Shown here in pieces: positions 1 through 9,798 of a DNA stretch of 64,000 nucleotides. Made by a program: the position numbers and the translations under genes. The number at the start of each line of letters is the position of its first letter. The stretch's first letter is position 1. Source of the DNA: an uncultured Gammaproteobacteria bacterium. GTDB lineage: Bacteria; Pseudomonadota; Gammaproteobacteria; Arenicellales; Arenicellaceae. The notes below the pieces were generated by a model. That model was not told the DNA's origin, ran no database searches, and saw only the letters and a program-made list of their open reading frames with translations. The stretch spans positions 734 through 64,733 of the forward strand of contig CAYOXK010000005.1 of assembly GCA_964407915.1 (NCBI GenBank), read 5' to 3'.

Positions 1-1625
1 GACTGAAACGTAGCTTGTAATTCCCCAGAGCTTAACAGATGGTCATGACTTGCCAGTTTTTCAAGGGCTGAGTGCAGCTCTTGGCCTCGAAAGCGCTCTA
101 AAAACATGGCTGTGTTGGTCAGGGCGTGTTCATTACACAGTTCTAGTAAGTTAATCAGCACTTCTGACCCCTGCACCCGAGCTTCACGCAGCTTGCTCAA
201 GTCGGGCACCTGTGATGCAAAATCCGGGTTTTGCAATAGCAATGAAATGGCAGTGCGGATGGGCGACAGCTTAGTAGGTTGAGTTAAGTGCTGTGGTTTT
301 CTTTTCCAAGTTGAATTCTCGGCCTGAGCTGGTTCGAGTTCGAGTAATGCGGCCGGCGCCGTGTTCACCATTCGGGCGATGGTCTCGATGAGCATTTGCC
401 GCAGCACACCTTGTGGGAGCTGTTTGATAAGAGGTTTAGCCAGACTCGCCAATTTGGCGCGACCATCCATGCGATCTAAATCGGCCTTCTCAGACAAGTG
501 GTTGATCAAAAAAGCAATGATGGGAGTGGCGCCTTTAACGCGCTGCATAAAAGCGTCCTTGCCTTCTTTTTGTACCATTGAATCGGGGTCTTCACCGTCG
601 GGTAAAAACAAAAAGCTCACTGTACGACCGTCTTGCATTTGCGGTAGACACGCTTCTAAAGCCTTCCATGCGGCAGCGCGCCCAGCGCGATCACCGTCAA
701 AGGAAAATACCAGATTACTGGTTTGCCGAAACAGGCGCTGCAGATGCATAGCGGTGGTGGCGGTACCTAGTGTAGCAACAGCGTGTTCCACGCCGGCTTC
801 CCACAGCGCCACCACATCCATGTATCCTTCAACCACTATCACATGGTCGTGTTCTTTAATGCTGCCGCGGGCGCCATATAGGCCATACAGTTCTGAGCCT
901 TTATGGAAGATGGGCGTTTCAGGAGAGTTAAGATATTTGGGTTCGCCTTGATCGAGTACCCGTCCCCCAAAACCCACCACGCGACCGCGATGATCCTCGA
1001 TGGGAAACATTATTCGCTCACGAAAACGGTCGTATACGCGCCCTTTTTCGTTACGAGTGAGCATGCCCGTATCCTCTAAGGCCTTTTTAAGGGCAGGTCC
1101 AGTGGCCAGTTTTGTCATTAGATTGTCCCATCCTTCTGGCGCATAACCCAATGCAAAGCGTTTTGCCGTTCTGCCGCTGATACCCCGTTTGAGCAAATAT
1201 TCAACGGCTTGACCGCGCGCAGGATGCTGGCGCAATTGCTCTTGAAAATAGGTGCTCACCGAGTTCATTAGAGCGTATAAATCCACGCCCTGCTGTGTGT
1301 GCTTAGTCGATTGCGGCGCCCTAGCTTCTTCAGGAATTTCAAGGCCTACAGCACTTGCGAGTTTTTCTACGGCCTCTCTAAACTCAAGATGGTCGTATTC
1401 CATCAAGAAACTAATGGCGGTGCCGCTCGCACCGCAGCCAAAGCATTTATAAAACTGCTTGCCGGGTGAGACGGTGAAAGATGCGGTTTTTTCGGTGTGA
1501 AATGGGCAGCAGGCTTTATAGTTCGCGCCCGATTTTTTGAGTGGCACGTAACCATCAATAAGATCCACCAAATCAACACGGTTGATGAGTTGGTCTATAA
1601 AGTGTTGGGGTATGAGGCCTGCCAT
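1..1625 (-). CDS. dnaG: DNA primase (runs off the left edge of the window)
   Basis: Translated by hand from ATG at 1625: MAGLIPQHFIDQLINRVDLVDLI..., zinc finger CPFH...CFGC, YLNSPETPIFHKG, TOPRIM VEGYMDV. Frame is open at position 1. Absent from the ORF track because its stop lies outside the window. Confidence 0.97.
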   Translation of the reverse strand, partial: MAGLIPQHFIDQLINRVDLVDLIDGYVPLKKSGANYKACCPFHTEKTASFTVSPGKQFYKCFGCGASGTAISFLMEYDHLEFREAVEKLASAVGLEIPEEARAPQSTKHTQQGVDLYALMNSVSTYFQEQLRQHPARGQAVEYLLKRGISGRTAKRFALGYAPEGWDNLMTKLATGPALKKALEDTGMLTRNEKGRVYDRFRERIMFPIEDHRGRVVGFGGRVLDQGEPKYLNSPETPIFHKGSELYGLYGARGSIKEHDHVIVVEGYMDVVALWEAGVEHAVATLGTATTAMHLQRLFRQTSNLVFSFDGDRAGRAAAWKALEACLPQMQDGRTVSFLFLPDGEDPDSMVQKEGKDAFMQRVKGATPIIAFLINHLSEKADLDRMDGRAKLASLAKPLIKQLPQGVLRQMLIETIARMVNTAPAALLELEPAQAENSTWKRKPQHLTQPTKLSPIRTAISLLLQNPDFASQVPDLSKLREARVQGSEVLINLLELCNEHALTNTAMFLERFRGQELHSALEKLASHDHLLSSGELQATFQ

Positions 1626-1700
1626 GGGACTATTTTAGCGGTAAGCTGAATGCAACGTTGGTGAAATTACATCACCATTTGTCATTCAAGCGGCCTGTTC

Positions 1701-1864
1701 GTTATTCCCGCGCCCCCTGTCATTCCCGCGCAGGTCGGAAACGTCATCCCCGCGCAGGCGGGGACCCATTTCCTAGCACAGCGCCAAACCCAAACATTTG
1801 GATTCCCGCCTACGCGGGAATGACATTAGGGATGCGGGAATGACACGGGGGACGCGAGGACGAC
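1701..1864. repeat. Cluster of GTCATTCCCGCGNAGGCGGGAATCC-type palindromic (REP/dRS3-like) units in inverted arrangement
   Basis: Forward units at 1701-1716, 1719-1742 and 1743-1768 (gtcatccccgcgcaggcggggaccca). Reverse units at 1799-1824 (tggattcccgcctacgcgggaatgac) and 1834-1844. Intergenic between dnaG and yqeY. Confidence 0.85.
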
Positions 1865-1920
1865 AGTGTGGTGTCGGAAAAATACGCGGCAGATAACCAA
1901 CTACCGCGTTGAGACAGAGT

Positions 1921-2364
1921 TTAGCTTAGGCGGCTTTTAATAATTCCGCTTACTTTGCCCATGTCAGCGCGTCCTTGCAGCTGCTCTTTAAGCGCACCCA
2001 TCACTTTGCCCATGTCTTGCATGCCCGCTGCGCCCGTAGCGGCGATGGCGGCATCGACGGCGGCGCTTACTTCTGCGTCGCTCAGCTGAGCAGGTAAATA
2101 ACTAGCGAGGTTGTCTACGTGGGCTTGCTCTTTGTCAGCAAGGTCGGTGCGTTCGCCTTGAATAAACTGCTTAATCGCATCCTGCGATTGCTTAATCTGT
2201 TTTTGGATAATGCCGAGTACTTGCTCGTCGTCAAGCTCGATACGCTCATCTACTTCCTTGCGTTGGATGGCGGCGCGTAACATGCGAATTGACTCTAAAC
2301 GCGAGGTGGCTTTCTCTCGCATTGCGGTCTTCATGTCGTCTAAAATTTGTTCTTTAAGGGACAT
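1921..2364 (-). CDS. GatB/YqeY domain protein
   Basis: MSLKEQILDDMKTAMREK...LESIRMLRAAIQRKEVD...DMGKVMG...GRADMGKVS; usual position between rpsU and dnaG. Confidence 0.93.
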   Translation of the reverse strand: MSLKEQILDDMKTAMREKATSRLESIRMLRAAIQRKEVDERIELDDEQVLGIIQKQIKQSQDAIKQFIQGERTDLADKEQAHVDNLASYLPAQLSDAEVSAAVDAAIAATGAAGMQDMGKVMGALKEQLQGRADMGKVSGIIKSRLS

Positions 2365-2408
2365 GTGCGTGTTGTTTGTGTGGCTATTAGGCCGGTAAAA
2401 AAGCCGAT

Positions 2409-2445
2409 CAAAACGAGTGCGGGATCGAGTCCCAAACTCGTTTTG
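2409..2445 (-). terminator. Hairpin downstream of rpsU (terminator/attenuator-like)
   Basis: 10-bp inverted repeat caaaacgagt/actcgttttg with an inner ggga/tccc stem; a T-run follows on the minus strand. Confidence 0.5.
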
Positions 2446-2447
2446 AA

Positions 2448-2663
2448 TTAGTACATTCGCGTAGTACGAATGCGGCCGCGTGAAGCGCGTTTCATTTCAC
2501 GTTTTTTGGCAGCTGCGCCTTTACGTTTGCGCACGGACGTTGGTTTTTCATAAAATTCGCGAGCGCGCATTTCAGTAAAAATACCGGCTTTTTCGCATGA
2601 ACGACGAAATTTGCGTAGGGTTACGTCAAACGGCTCGTCATTTTTAACTTTTACTTGTGGCAT
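2448..2663 (-). CDS. rpsU: 30S ribosomal protein S21
   Basis: [27 protein letters not shown]...[14 protein letters not shown]. Confidence 0.98.
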   Translation of the reverse strand: MPQVKVKNDEPFDVTLRKFRRSCEKAGIFTEMRAREFYEKPTSVRKRKGAAAKKREMKRASRGRIRTTRMY

Positions 2664-2930
2664 CTGGTTTCTTCGTCTTTATGTTTGAGTCGGCTGTTTC
2701 CTATATCATTCAACCAACGCTTGGGCGCGCGATTCTATCTATAATTCAAGCGTTTGTACACACTTAGAACCAAATTATGTTAACCGTGTCGGCCGTCGTG
2801 TGGCGCGGAGCCGAGTCGTTTTTGCAGTCTGTTTCCTATGCAAACCGCTTTTTTGTAAAACCCTGTTCAGGCGCGGCGACCATCTACCGTTATAATGCTA
2901 CCCCGCCCTAACCCTCTTGTGTGACTCAAA

Positions 2931-3950
2931 ATGCGTGTATTAGGTATTGAAACCTCTTGTGATGACACTGGTATTGCCTTGTACGATTCGGAACAAGGGT
3001 TACTTGCACATGCTCTTTATTCACAAATCGAAACCCATAAGCGTTACGGTGGCGTGGTGCCTGAGTTGGCCGCACGCGATCATATCCGTAAAGTTATTCC
3101 TTTGGTCGAAGTGGTTATGCAACGTGCCCAAGCAGAGCCCTCGAGTGTGGATGCCGTGGCGTATACCTCAGGCCCTGGTTTGGCGGGTGCTTTGTTGGCG
3201 GGCAGCGCCATTGCCAAGGGCTTAGCGTTTGCGTGGAATGTGCCGAGCATCGGTGTACACCATATGGAAGGTCATATGCTGGCACCGATGCTAGAAGAAA
3301 ACGCGCCGGAGTTTCCGTTTATCGCGCTGCTGGTTTCGGGGGGCCATACCTTACTGGCGGAAGTCCAAGGTGTGGGGGAATATAAAATTTTAGGTCAAAC
3401 GCTCGACGATGCTGTGGGTGAGGCGTTCGACAAAACCGCAAAATTGTTGGGCTTAGGGTATCCAGGTGGACCGGCCATTGCACAGCGAGCTAAATCAGGA
3501 GACCCCAGCCGCTTTACGTTTCCGCGGCCGATGCTAGACCGCCCAGGGTTGGATTTTAGTTTTAGCGGACTCAAGACCTTTGCGCTCACCACGGTGCAAC
3601 AAAACGCTCTCGACCCACAAACGGTAGCGGATATCGCGTGGGCATTTCAAGACGCGGCGGTAGATACCTTGGTGCGCAAATGCAAACGGGCGATTGAACA
3701 AACCAAGATTCCAAGACTGGTTGTGGCTGGCGGTGTGGGTGCTAATTTAGTTTTGCGTGAGCGTTTAGCGACCATGATGACCGCTGCCAAGGGCCAAGCT
3801 TTTTATCCCAAAATTGAGTTTTGTACCGACAACGGCGCCATGATCGCCTACGCAGGATGTCAACGCTTGCACCAAGCAACCACCGACTTAAGCTTTAGTG
3901 TAAAAGCGCGCTGGTCGTTAGAGGAGCTCCCACCTCTTTTTCCCGCGTAA
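2931..3950 (+). CDS. tsaD: tRNA t6A threonylcarbamoyltransferase TsaD
   Basis: [59 protein letters not shown]. Confidence 0.98.
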   Translation: MRVLGIETSCDDTGIALYDSEQGLLAHALYSQIETHKRYGGVVPELAARDHIRKVIPLVEVVMQRAQAEPSSVDAVAYTSGPGLAGALLAGSAIAKGLAFAWNVPSIGVHHMEGHMLAPMLEENAPEFPFIALLVSGGHTLLAEVQGVGEYKILGQTLDDAVGEAFDKTAKLLGLGYPGGPAIAQRAKSGDPSRFTFPRPMLDRPGLDFSFSGLKTFALTTVQQNALDPQTVADIAWAFQDAAVDTLVRKCKRAIEQTKIPRLVVAGGVGANLVLRERLATMMTAAKGQAFYPKIEFCTDNGAMIAYAGCQRLHQATTDLSFSVKARWSLEELPPLFPA

Positions 3951-4104
3951 GGCGGGGACCGAAACCATGGGTTGTTAGCACCACTTTGTCATTCCCACGT
4001 AGGCGGGAAACCATGGTTTGGCATTATGCTAGGTAATGGATCTAGGTCCCCGCCTTCGCGGGGATGACGAACAACATGTGGGGATGACGGGGCGCGGGGA
4101 TGAC
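3941..4104. repeat. Second cluster of the same palindromic repeat family
   Basis: Forward units at 3941-3960 (tcccgcgtaaggcggggacc) and 3988-4013 (gtcattcccacgtaggcgggaaacca). Reverse units at 4045-4068, 4078-4088 and 4089-4104 (ggggcgcggggatgac, near reverse complement of 1701-1716). Lies between convergent tsaD and plsY. Confidence 0.85.
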
Positions 4105-4117
4105 GTATCCGACGAAT

Positions 4118-4726
4118 TCAGCCTTTACTGCCTATCTTACTTTCAGTGCCGGCTTTCAGGCGCTCTAGGTTCTCGCGGTGTTGCCTGAACAAAAACGCGA
4201 TTATCCATAACACGCCACCGATCAGTTGCAGCTGTGCTGGGTCGTTGAAGATGGCGAAGCTAGCTAGGCCCGTAACCGCGGCGGCGACTAGCGCGGCTAA
4301 CGACGAGTAGCGAAACGCCAGCGCGGTGGCAGCCCAGACGCCTACAAACACACCGAGCAATGGCAATGATAGCCCCGCGAATACGCCAATCGCAGTGGCG
4401 ACACCTTTGCCACCTTTAAATCCAAAAAACACCGGATACAAATGCCCCATAAAGGCCGCGATGCTCACTACCGCCACCCAGCCATTACTCACGCCCATTT
4501 CAATCGCCAGTAGCACGGGCACCAGGCCTTTGAGTACATCGCCCGCGAGCGTAATCAGTGCGGCGAGCTTGCCGCCAGTGCGTAAGACATTAGTGGCTCC
4601 AGGATTGCCGCTGCCCGCTGTGCGCGGATCAGGCAAACCCATGAGTTTAGCGGTGATCACCGCGCTCGACACCGAGCCCAAGCAGTATGCGAAAAGCACT
4701 AAGAGATAAGGTATAAAGCTGTCCAT
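4118..4726 (-). CDS. plsY: Glycerol-3-phosphate acyltransferase PlsY
   Basis: GSGNPGATNVLR, GHLYPVFFGFKGGKGVATA, HRENLERL...GTE. Confidence 0.97.
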   Translation of the reverse strand: MDSFIPYLLVLFAYCLGSVSSAVITAKLMGLPDPRTAGSGNPGATNVLRTGGKLAALITLAGDVLKGLVPVLLAIEMGVSNGWVAVVSIAAFMGHLYPVFFGFKGGKGVATAIGVFAGLSLPLLGVFVGVWAATALAFRYSSLAALVAAAVTGLASFAIFNDPAQLQLIGGVLWIIAFLFRQHRENLERLKAGTESKIGSKG

Positions 4727-4872
4727 AAGGTTTGGCCCAAAGAGTCAAATAGTTGTGTGGCTGGATTGCGCTACCACGTCTAGAGGCGTGAAAGCGACGC
4801 ATCGAGTTCTTGCCCTTACGTGCCGCATTTTACGCTATGGCGGAAGCAGTCGCTTCACTTTAGAATGCGCAC

Positions 4873-5226
4873 ATGGATACCATATTTATAAACGGCATTC
4901 GTTGCCAGTGTGTGATTGGGGTTTACCCGTGGGAGCAAGCAACTACGCAAACCATCGTGTTTAATCTAGAGTGCGCAGCAAACTTTGCACCCGCAGCACG
5001 TAGCGATGCGTTGGAAGATGCGCTCGATTATCAGCAAGTCACTGAGCGAATTGTGGAATACGCGCAAGCTTCGCGGGTACAGCTCATCGAAACCCTAATT
5101 ACCCAAATAGCCGATCTACTCATGGAAGAGTTCAAATTAAGCTGGTTACGGCTAACCTTGGACAAAGGCGGCGTATTAAAGCACGCTAAGCAAGTTGGCT
5201 TGATGACCGAGCGCGGTAGTCGCTAA
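4873..5226 (+). CDS. folB: Dihydroneopterin aldolase
   Basis: MDTIFINGI...IGVYPWEQ, DALDYQQV, LIETL; divergent from plsY as usual. Confidence 0.93.
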   Translation: MDTIFINGIRCQCVIGVYPWEQATTQTIVFNLECAANFAPAARSDALEDALDYQQVTERIVEYAQASRVQLIETLITQIADLLMEEFKLSWLRLTLDKGGVLKHAKQVGLMTERGSR

Positions 5227-5999
5227 TTCACCACCGACCGGCCACCGTCTACGGCCAAGGTCTGGCCTGTGATGTAGCTTGCATTCGAGACAAAAAACAA
5301 CACCGTTTGGGCTATCTCCTCTGGTGTGCCTAGCCGACCGAGCGGAATCGATTTCAACACAGTGTCTAACTGCAGTGGGTGGTCGTCATTTTCTGGCCAC
5401 AATATGGCCCCGGGGGCGATGCCATTAACGCGAATCTGGGGTGCCAGATCTCGCGCTAAGGCCCGCGTTAACATTTCTAAGCCGGCTTTTGCGGCGCAAT
5501 AAATGGCGTGATCGGCTAATGGGCGACGCGCATAGATGTCTACAATATTCACCACGCTGCCCTTTTGTTCGCGCAAATGCGGCACGCAGGCTTGAGTTAA
5601 AAAGAATGGCGCTTTTAAGTTACTGCTGAGCAAATCGTCCCATTGCGCGAGCGACGCTTGAGTGATGGGTGTGGGGTAAAAAGTGGAAGCATTGTTAACT
5701 AAAACATCCAACCGCCCAAACTGCGCGATGCACTCGGCTACGAGCGGTGCGATGGACTCTATATCGTTTAGATCGGCGGCAAACGAGCTGGCCGAGTTAG
5801 GGCGGCGCTGGTTGAGGCTTACTACAAGATCGTGCGCCTGGTCGGCGGAGGTGTTGTAGTGAACGAGCACGTTATAACCAGCCTCGTGCAGCATTTGCGT
5901 TATACGTTTACCAATACGCCGCGCGCCGCCTGTAACAAGGGCCGTTTTAGTGAGATGGGCGTTTTGATCAACAGCGTCGGCCGAGGAGGTGTTAGTCAT
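5223..5999 (-). CDS. Pteridine reductase (SDR, FolM/PTR1-like)
   Basis: TGGARRIG, VLVHY, LVNNAS, YCAAK, PQIRVNGIAPG; next to folB. Confidence 0.85.
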   Translation of the reverse strand: MTNTSSADAVDQNAHLTKTALVTGGARRIGKRITQMLHEAGYNVLVHYNTSADQAHDLVVSLNQRRPNSASSFAADLNDIESIAPLVAECIAQFGRLDVLVNNASTFYPTPITQASLAQWDDLLSSNLKAPFFLTQACVPHLREQKGSVVNIVDIYARRPLADHAIYCAAKAGLEMLTRALARDLAPQIRVNGIAPGAILWPENDDHPLQLDTVLKSIPLGRLGTPEEIAQTVLFFVSNASYITGQTLAVDGGRSVVN

Positions 6000-6228
6000 A
6001 AGTTACAGTGTGGGTAAGAGATGTGGTCAATGGCATGATGCAGGCTCCTATTATGGACGAGCCCATAAAATGCTATACACAAGCAAGCCTTCGCAAGCGC
6101 GCCAGTCTAACATTGATCTTCGCACCGCTGTTTAAGCGGTAGCTCTAATCTTGCCGGCTGGTAAACATATTGATCTGTATAGAGAGTACAATGCGCACAC
6201 TCAAGAACTCTTTATCACAATCATCGTA

Positions 6229-7038
6229 ATGGACTATTTTCAGGCTTTCATCCTCGCGGCTCTGCAGGGCCTTACCGAGTTTTTGCCTATCTCGAGTTCT
6301 GCTCACCTCATCTTGGTGCCGGCCTTTTTAGGGTGGCAAGATCAAGGTTTGGCATTTGATGTGGCGGTGCATGCTGGCACTTTGTGTGCGGTACTCTATT
6401 ATTTTAAGCAAGACCTAATCGCCATTATCCGCGCATGGTGCAGTGGGTGGACCACGCAAAGCTGGAATGCAGATGGGTGGCTAGGTTGGTGGTTGATTGT
6501 TGCCACCATTCCGGTCGGTCTGGTGGGCTTGTTAGCCGGTGATTGGATCGAATTGAATCTGCGCAGTGCCTTAGTGATTGCGGCAACAACCTTCATCTTT
6601 GGCTTGGCGCTGGGCTGGGCAGATCGCCGTTCTGTGGCCAACAATGCAAGCCTACAGTCGCTCGACTTCAAACAAGCCATGCTTGTGGGAGCTGCGCAGG
6701 CTTTGGCGTTGATTCCTGGCACGTCGCGCTCGGGTATCACAATGACGGCGATGTTAGCGCTCGGATATTCGCGCACGGCGGCCGCGCGGTTTTCATTTTT
6801 GCTCGCAATTCCAGCCATCTCCCTACCCGCCTTGTTAAAGGGCGCGGAGCTTAGCCAACAAAACAGTCCTGTGGCTTGGGATTTACTCTCTATCGCTGTT
6901 TTCGTATCCGCGGTAGTGGCCTTACTGTGCATCCGGGCTTTTATGCGTTTTGTGGAGCGCGTGGGCATGATGCCTTTTGTGTATTATCGGATCGCGTTGG
7001 CATTGGTTATTATTGTTTTTGCATGGAAGGCGGTGTAA
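6229..7038 (+). CDS. uppP: Undecaprenyl-diphosphate phosphatase
   Basis: LQGLTEFLPISSSAH, PGTSRSGIT, AARFSFLLAIP; start placed at ATG 6229. Confidence 0.97.
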   Translation: MDYFQAFILAALQGLTEFLPISSSAHLILVPAFLGWQDQGLAFDVAVHAGTLCAVLYYFKQDLIAIIRAWCSGWTTQSWNADGWLGWWLIVATIPVGLVGLLAGDWIELNLRSALVIAATTFIFGLALGWADRRSVANNASLQSLDFKQAMLVGAAQALALIPGTSRSGITMTAMLALGYSRTAAARFSFLLAIPAISLPALLKGAELSQQNSPVAWDLLSIAVFVSAVVALLCIRAFMRFVERVGMMPFVYYRIALALVIIVFAWKAV

Positions 7039-7970
7039 TGGAAGATGTAAAACAAGCGCACTCTCAGGTCGCTGACGGGTCTGAAGAAGAACTGCGTTCC
7101 GACCTCAAACGGCGGTTTGTGTTTGATCACGCGGATGTGCGGGGCTGTTATGCACGCCTTGTTGAGAGCTGCCAAATGATTCAGTCGACGCACTATTACC
7201 CCAATGCATTGGCGCGTTTAATTAACGAATTTACCGTGGCAGCGGTCTTGTTAAAAGACAGTATCAAGGCCGATGGAGGGCTATCAGTGCAAATGCGCAC
7301 CGAGGGCGATATTCATCTATTGATTGCCGATTGTGCGAACGACGGTTCAGTGCGGGCTATCTGTGAATATAATCACAGCGCGGTGCTATCCGAGCAGATT
7401 GCGCTCAATTTACTGCCTAGTCCGGTGTTAGCGGTCACCATTACGCCCGATAGTGAAGAGCGTTATCAAAGCATCATTCCGGTGGAAAAATCCACTTTAG
7501 CGCTTTGTTTAGAAGACTACTTCGAGCGCTCTGAGCAACTTCCGAGCCGCTTTCATCTACTGGCCAGTGCCACCCAAGTGGTTGGTTTTTCCCTGCACGC
7601 TTTACCCACGCAACAGATCACCGACACCCAACTAAGTGCCCAGCAGTTTGAGCATTTGGGTGTTTTGCTCAAGTCGATGACCCTAAGCGAAGCGCATGAA
7701 GATACCAGCGCCACAGCGCTTACCAAGTTATTTCACGATGAAGCGTGTCGACTCTTCGCGCCGCAGGCTTTGCAGTTTGGCTGCGAGTGCAGCACCGAGC
7801 GCTCTCTTAACGCCTTACAATCTCTAGGCAAGGAAGAAGTGGCTGCCTTAGTAGCCGAACATCAAGCGCAGGGTAAAGACGTAATTACTATTGATTGTCA
7901 TTTTTGTTTTCAGCAGTATTACATATCATTTGAACAAGCCAACAGCCTCTTTTTAGACGTTCTCCAATGA
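7038..7970 (+). CDS. hslO: Hsp33 redox-regulated chaperone
   Basis: C-terminal zinc motif FGCECS...DCHFC; ATG overlaps the uppP stop (TAATG). Confidence 0.9.
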   Translation: MEDVKQAHSQVADGSEEELRSDLKRRFVFDHADVRGCYARLVESCQMIQSTHYYPNALARLINEFTVAAVLLKDSIKADGGLSVQMRTEGDIHLLIADCANDGSVRAICEYNHSAVLSEQIALNLLPSPVLAVTITPDSEERYQSIIPVEKSTLALCLEDYFERSEQLPSRFHLLASATQVVGFSLHALPTQQITDTQLSAQQFEHLGVLLKSMTLSEAHEDTSATALTKLFHDEACRLFAPQALQFGCECSTERSLNALQSLGKEEVAALVAEHQAQGKDVITIDCHFCFQQYYISFEQANSLFLDVLQ

Positions 7971-8524
7971 GCACATTACAAGATCAATTAAAACTAGCCG
8001 GCTTAGTTAAGCCTAAACAAAAGGCGCAGGCACCTAAGCCGAAAAAAGCCCCTAAGCCCGCTAAGAAGGATCGCGTTAAAGTATCGGACGAAACGTTACG
8101 CGCGCAGCAGGCCATGATCAAGAAGGCCAAGCGAGACCGCGCCCTAAATGAACAGCGCGAAGCCGAACGAAAGCAAAAGGAGCTCGATGCGCAAGTGTTG
8201 CAGTTGATCGATCATGCCAAACTTGACCGTGCCGACGCGCAGGATTCGTTTAATTTCACGCATCGCAAAAAAGTAAAAAGTATTGCCGTCACTTCGGAAC
8301 AGCGACGCGGTTTAAGTAACGGCACATTGGGCGTGGTGGTTACCTCGGGGCAACGTTTCGAAGTGGTTCCCAAGACGGCCGTGCTAAAGCTGCAAGAGCG
8401 CTATGCACCTGCGGTGGTCTTCTTCGCGGCAACAGCGGCTGAGCAAGTGGCGGCTGGTGCTGTTAAAGGCGAGCAAGACGACCTCTATGCAGGATATGAA
8501 GTACCCGATGATTTAATCTGGTAG
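7967..8524 (+). CDS. DUF2058 (YaiL-like) protein
   Basis: MSTLQDQLKLAGLV N-terminus, ERDRAL-like KRDRALN segment, C-terminus YAGYEVPDDLIW. Confidence 0.85.
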   Translation: MSTLQDQLKLAGLVKPKQKAQAPKPKKAPKPAKKDRVKVSDETLRAQQAMIKKAKRDRALNEQREAERKQKELDAQVLQLIDHAKLDRADAQDSFNFTHRKKVKSIAVTSEQRRGLSNGTLGVVVTSGQRFEVVPKTAVLKLQERYAPAVVFFAATAAEQVAAGAVKGEQDDLYAGYEVPDDLIW

Positions 8525-8592
8525 CGACCCATTTATTGATGTCCCATAACTAAAAAAAACGAAAAGCGAAAAGCGAGCAAAGGAGCTAAGTG

Positions 8593-9798
8593 ATGAAGAA
8601 AATACTAATCGGATTGATCGTACTGGTTGCAGTAGCGATTTGGGCAATGAGCACCATTGGCGTAAAGCGAATGGATCAATCCATGAACTTAGTACTCGAG
8701 CACACTCCGTACTCAATAAGCGCCGAAGCGGCCGAATTACATGCTTCGCTAATAGTAGGCGACTGGCACGCCGACACGGCACTTTGGAACCGTGATATGC
8801 GTGGACGGCATGACTTTGGGCATGTTGATTTAGCACGTATGCAGGAAGGCAATTTAGGCTTGCAAATGTTTACCACGGTCACCAAGTCGCCGGCTGGGCA
8901 AAACTATGAACGTAACGAGACGGGCGCGCGTGACAACATCACCATGTTGGCCATGGCGCAACTGTGGCCGTTGGCTACTTGGTCGAGTCTTACTGAGCGT
9001 GCATTGTATCAAGCGGGTAAAGTGTTTGATTTGGCCGAACGTAAACCGAATGATTTCACTGTGGTATTAAATAAAGCAGATCTTGCTGAGTGGTTGTTGA
9101 CTCGTTCAAGTAACCCCACGTTTACGGCCGGCTTGATTGGCACAGAAGGGTCGCATGCCTTGGACGACAAGCTAGAAAACATTGATGTGTTGTACAACGC
9201 GGGCTTTCGCATGATGAGCTTGCAACACTTTTTCGACAATGCGCTCGGCGGTTCGTTGCACGGTACCAGTCAACTCGGGCTCACTGATTTTGGTAAGCAG
9301 GCCGTTAAAATGATGCAAGCCAAAGACATTATCGTAGATGTGTCGCATTCCTCTGAAGCCAGTGTGCGCGATGTATTAGCGCAAAGCACCAAACCGTTGG
9401 TGGTAAGTCATACGGGCTTTAAAGGTCATTGCGACACCCCCCGAAATATCTCGGATGAGTTAATGATCGACATCGCTAACCAAGGTGGCTTGATTGCGGT
9501 AGGGTTTTGGGATGGTGCCATTTGTGGTGCCTCACCCGAGAATGTTGTTGACGCAATTGAATATGGAATTGCTTTAGTAGGCGCAGATCATGTGGCGTTA
9601 GGCTCAGATTTTGACGGTACCGTAGAAACCTCATTCGATGCGAGTGAAATGGCCATATTGACGCAGACTATGCTTGATCGAAACATACCGCGCGATGTAA
9701 TTCGTAAAGTAATGGGTGGCAATATGCTGCGGTTTTTAAGTCAAAATTTACCTGACCAAATTAATGTGCGCCGCTCGCTCTCTGTAGTCACACAGTGA
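8593..9798 (+). CDS. Membrane-anchored dipeptidase (peptidase M19 family)
   Basis: N-terminal hydrophobic anchor; DWHAD, TEGSH, VDVSH, VVSHT, DHVALGSDFDG. Confidence 0.88.
   Translation: MKKILIGLIVLVAVAIWAMSTIGVKRMDQSMNLVLEHTPYSISAEAAELHASLIVGDWHADTALWNRDMRGRHDFGHVDLARMQEGNLGLQMFTTVTKSPAGQNYERNETGARDNITMLAMAQLWPLATWSSLTERALYQAGKVFDLAERKPNDFTVVLNKADLAEWLLTRSSNPTFTAGLIGTEGSHALDDKLENIDVLYNAGFRMMSLQHFFDNALGGSLHGTSQLGLTDFGKQAVKMMQAKDIIVDVSHSSEASVRDVLAQSTKPLVVSHTGFKGHCDTPRNISDELMIDIANQGGLIAVGFWDGAICGASPENVVDAIEYGIALVGADHVALGSDFDGTVETSFDASEMAILTQTMLDRNIPRDVIRKVMGGNMLRFLSQNLPDQINVRRSLSVVTQ

Noticed and set aside
361-1452. Plus-strand ORFs 361-951 and 1252-1452
   Set aside because: Antisense shadows of dnaG.
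1658-1843. 61-aa ORF with RHPRAGGDP and WIPAYAGMT
   Set aside because: These peptides are translations of the palindromic repeat units; no support for a real gene.
1701-1864. Possible CRISPR array (also 3941-4104)
   Set aside because: Units are degenerate, in both orientations and irregularly spaced, with no unique spacers and no cas genes.
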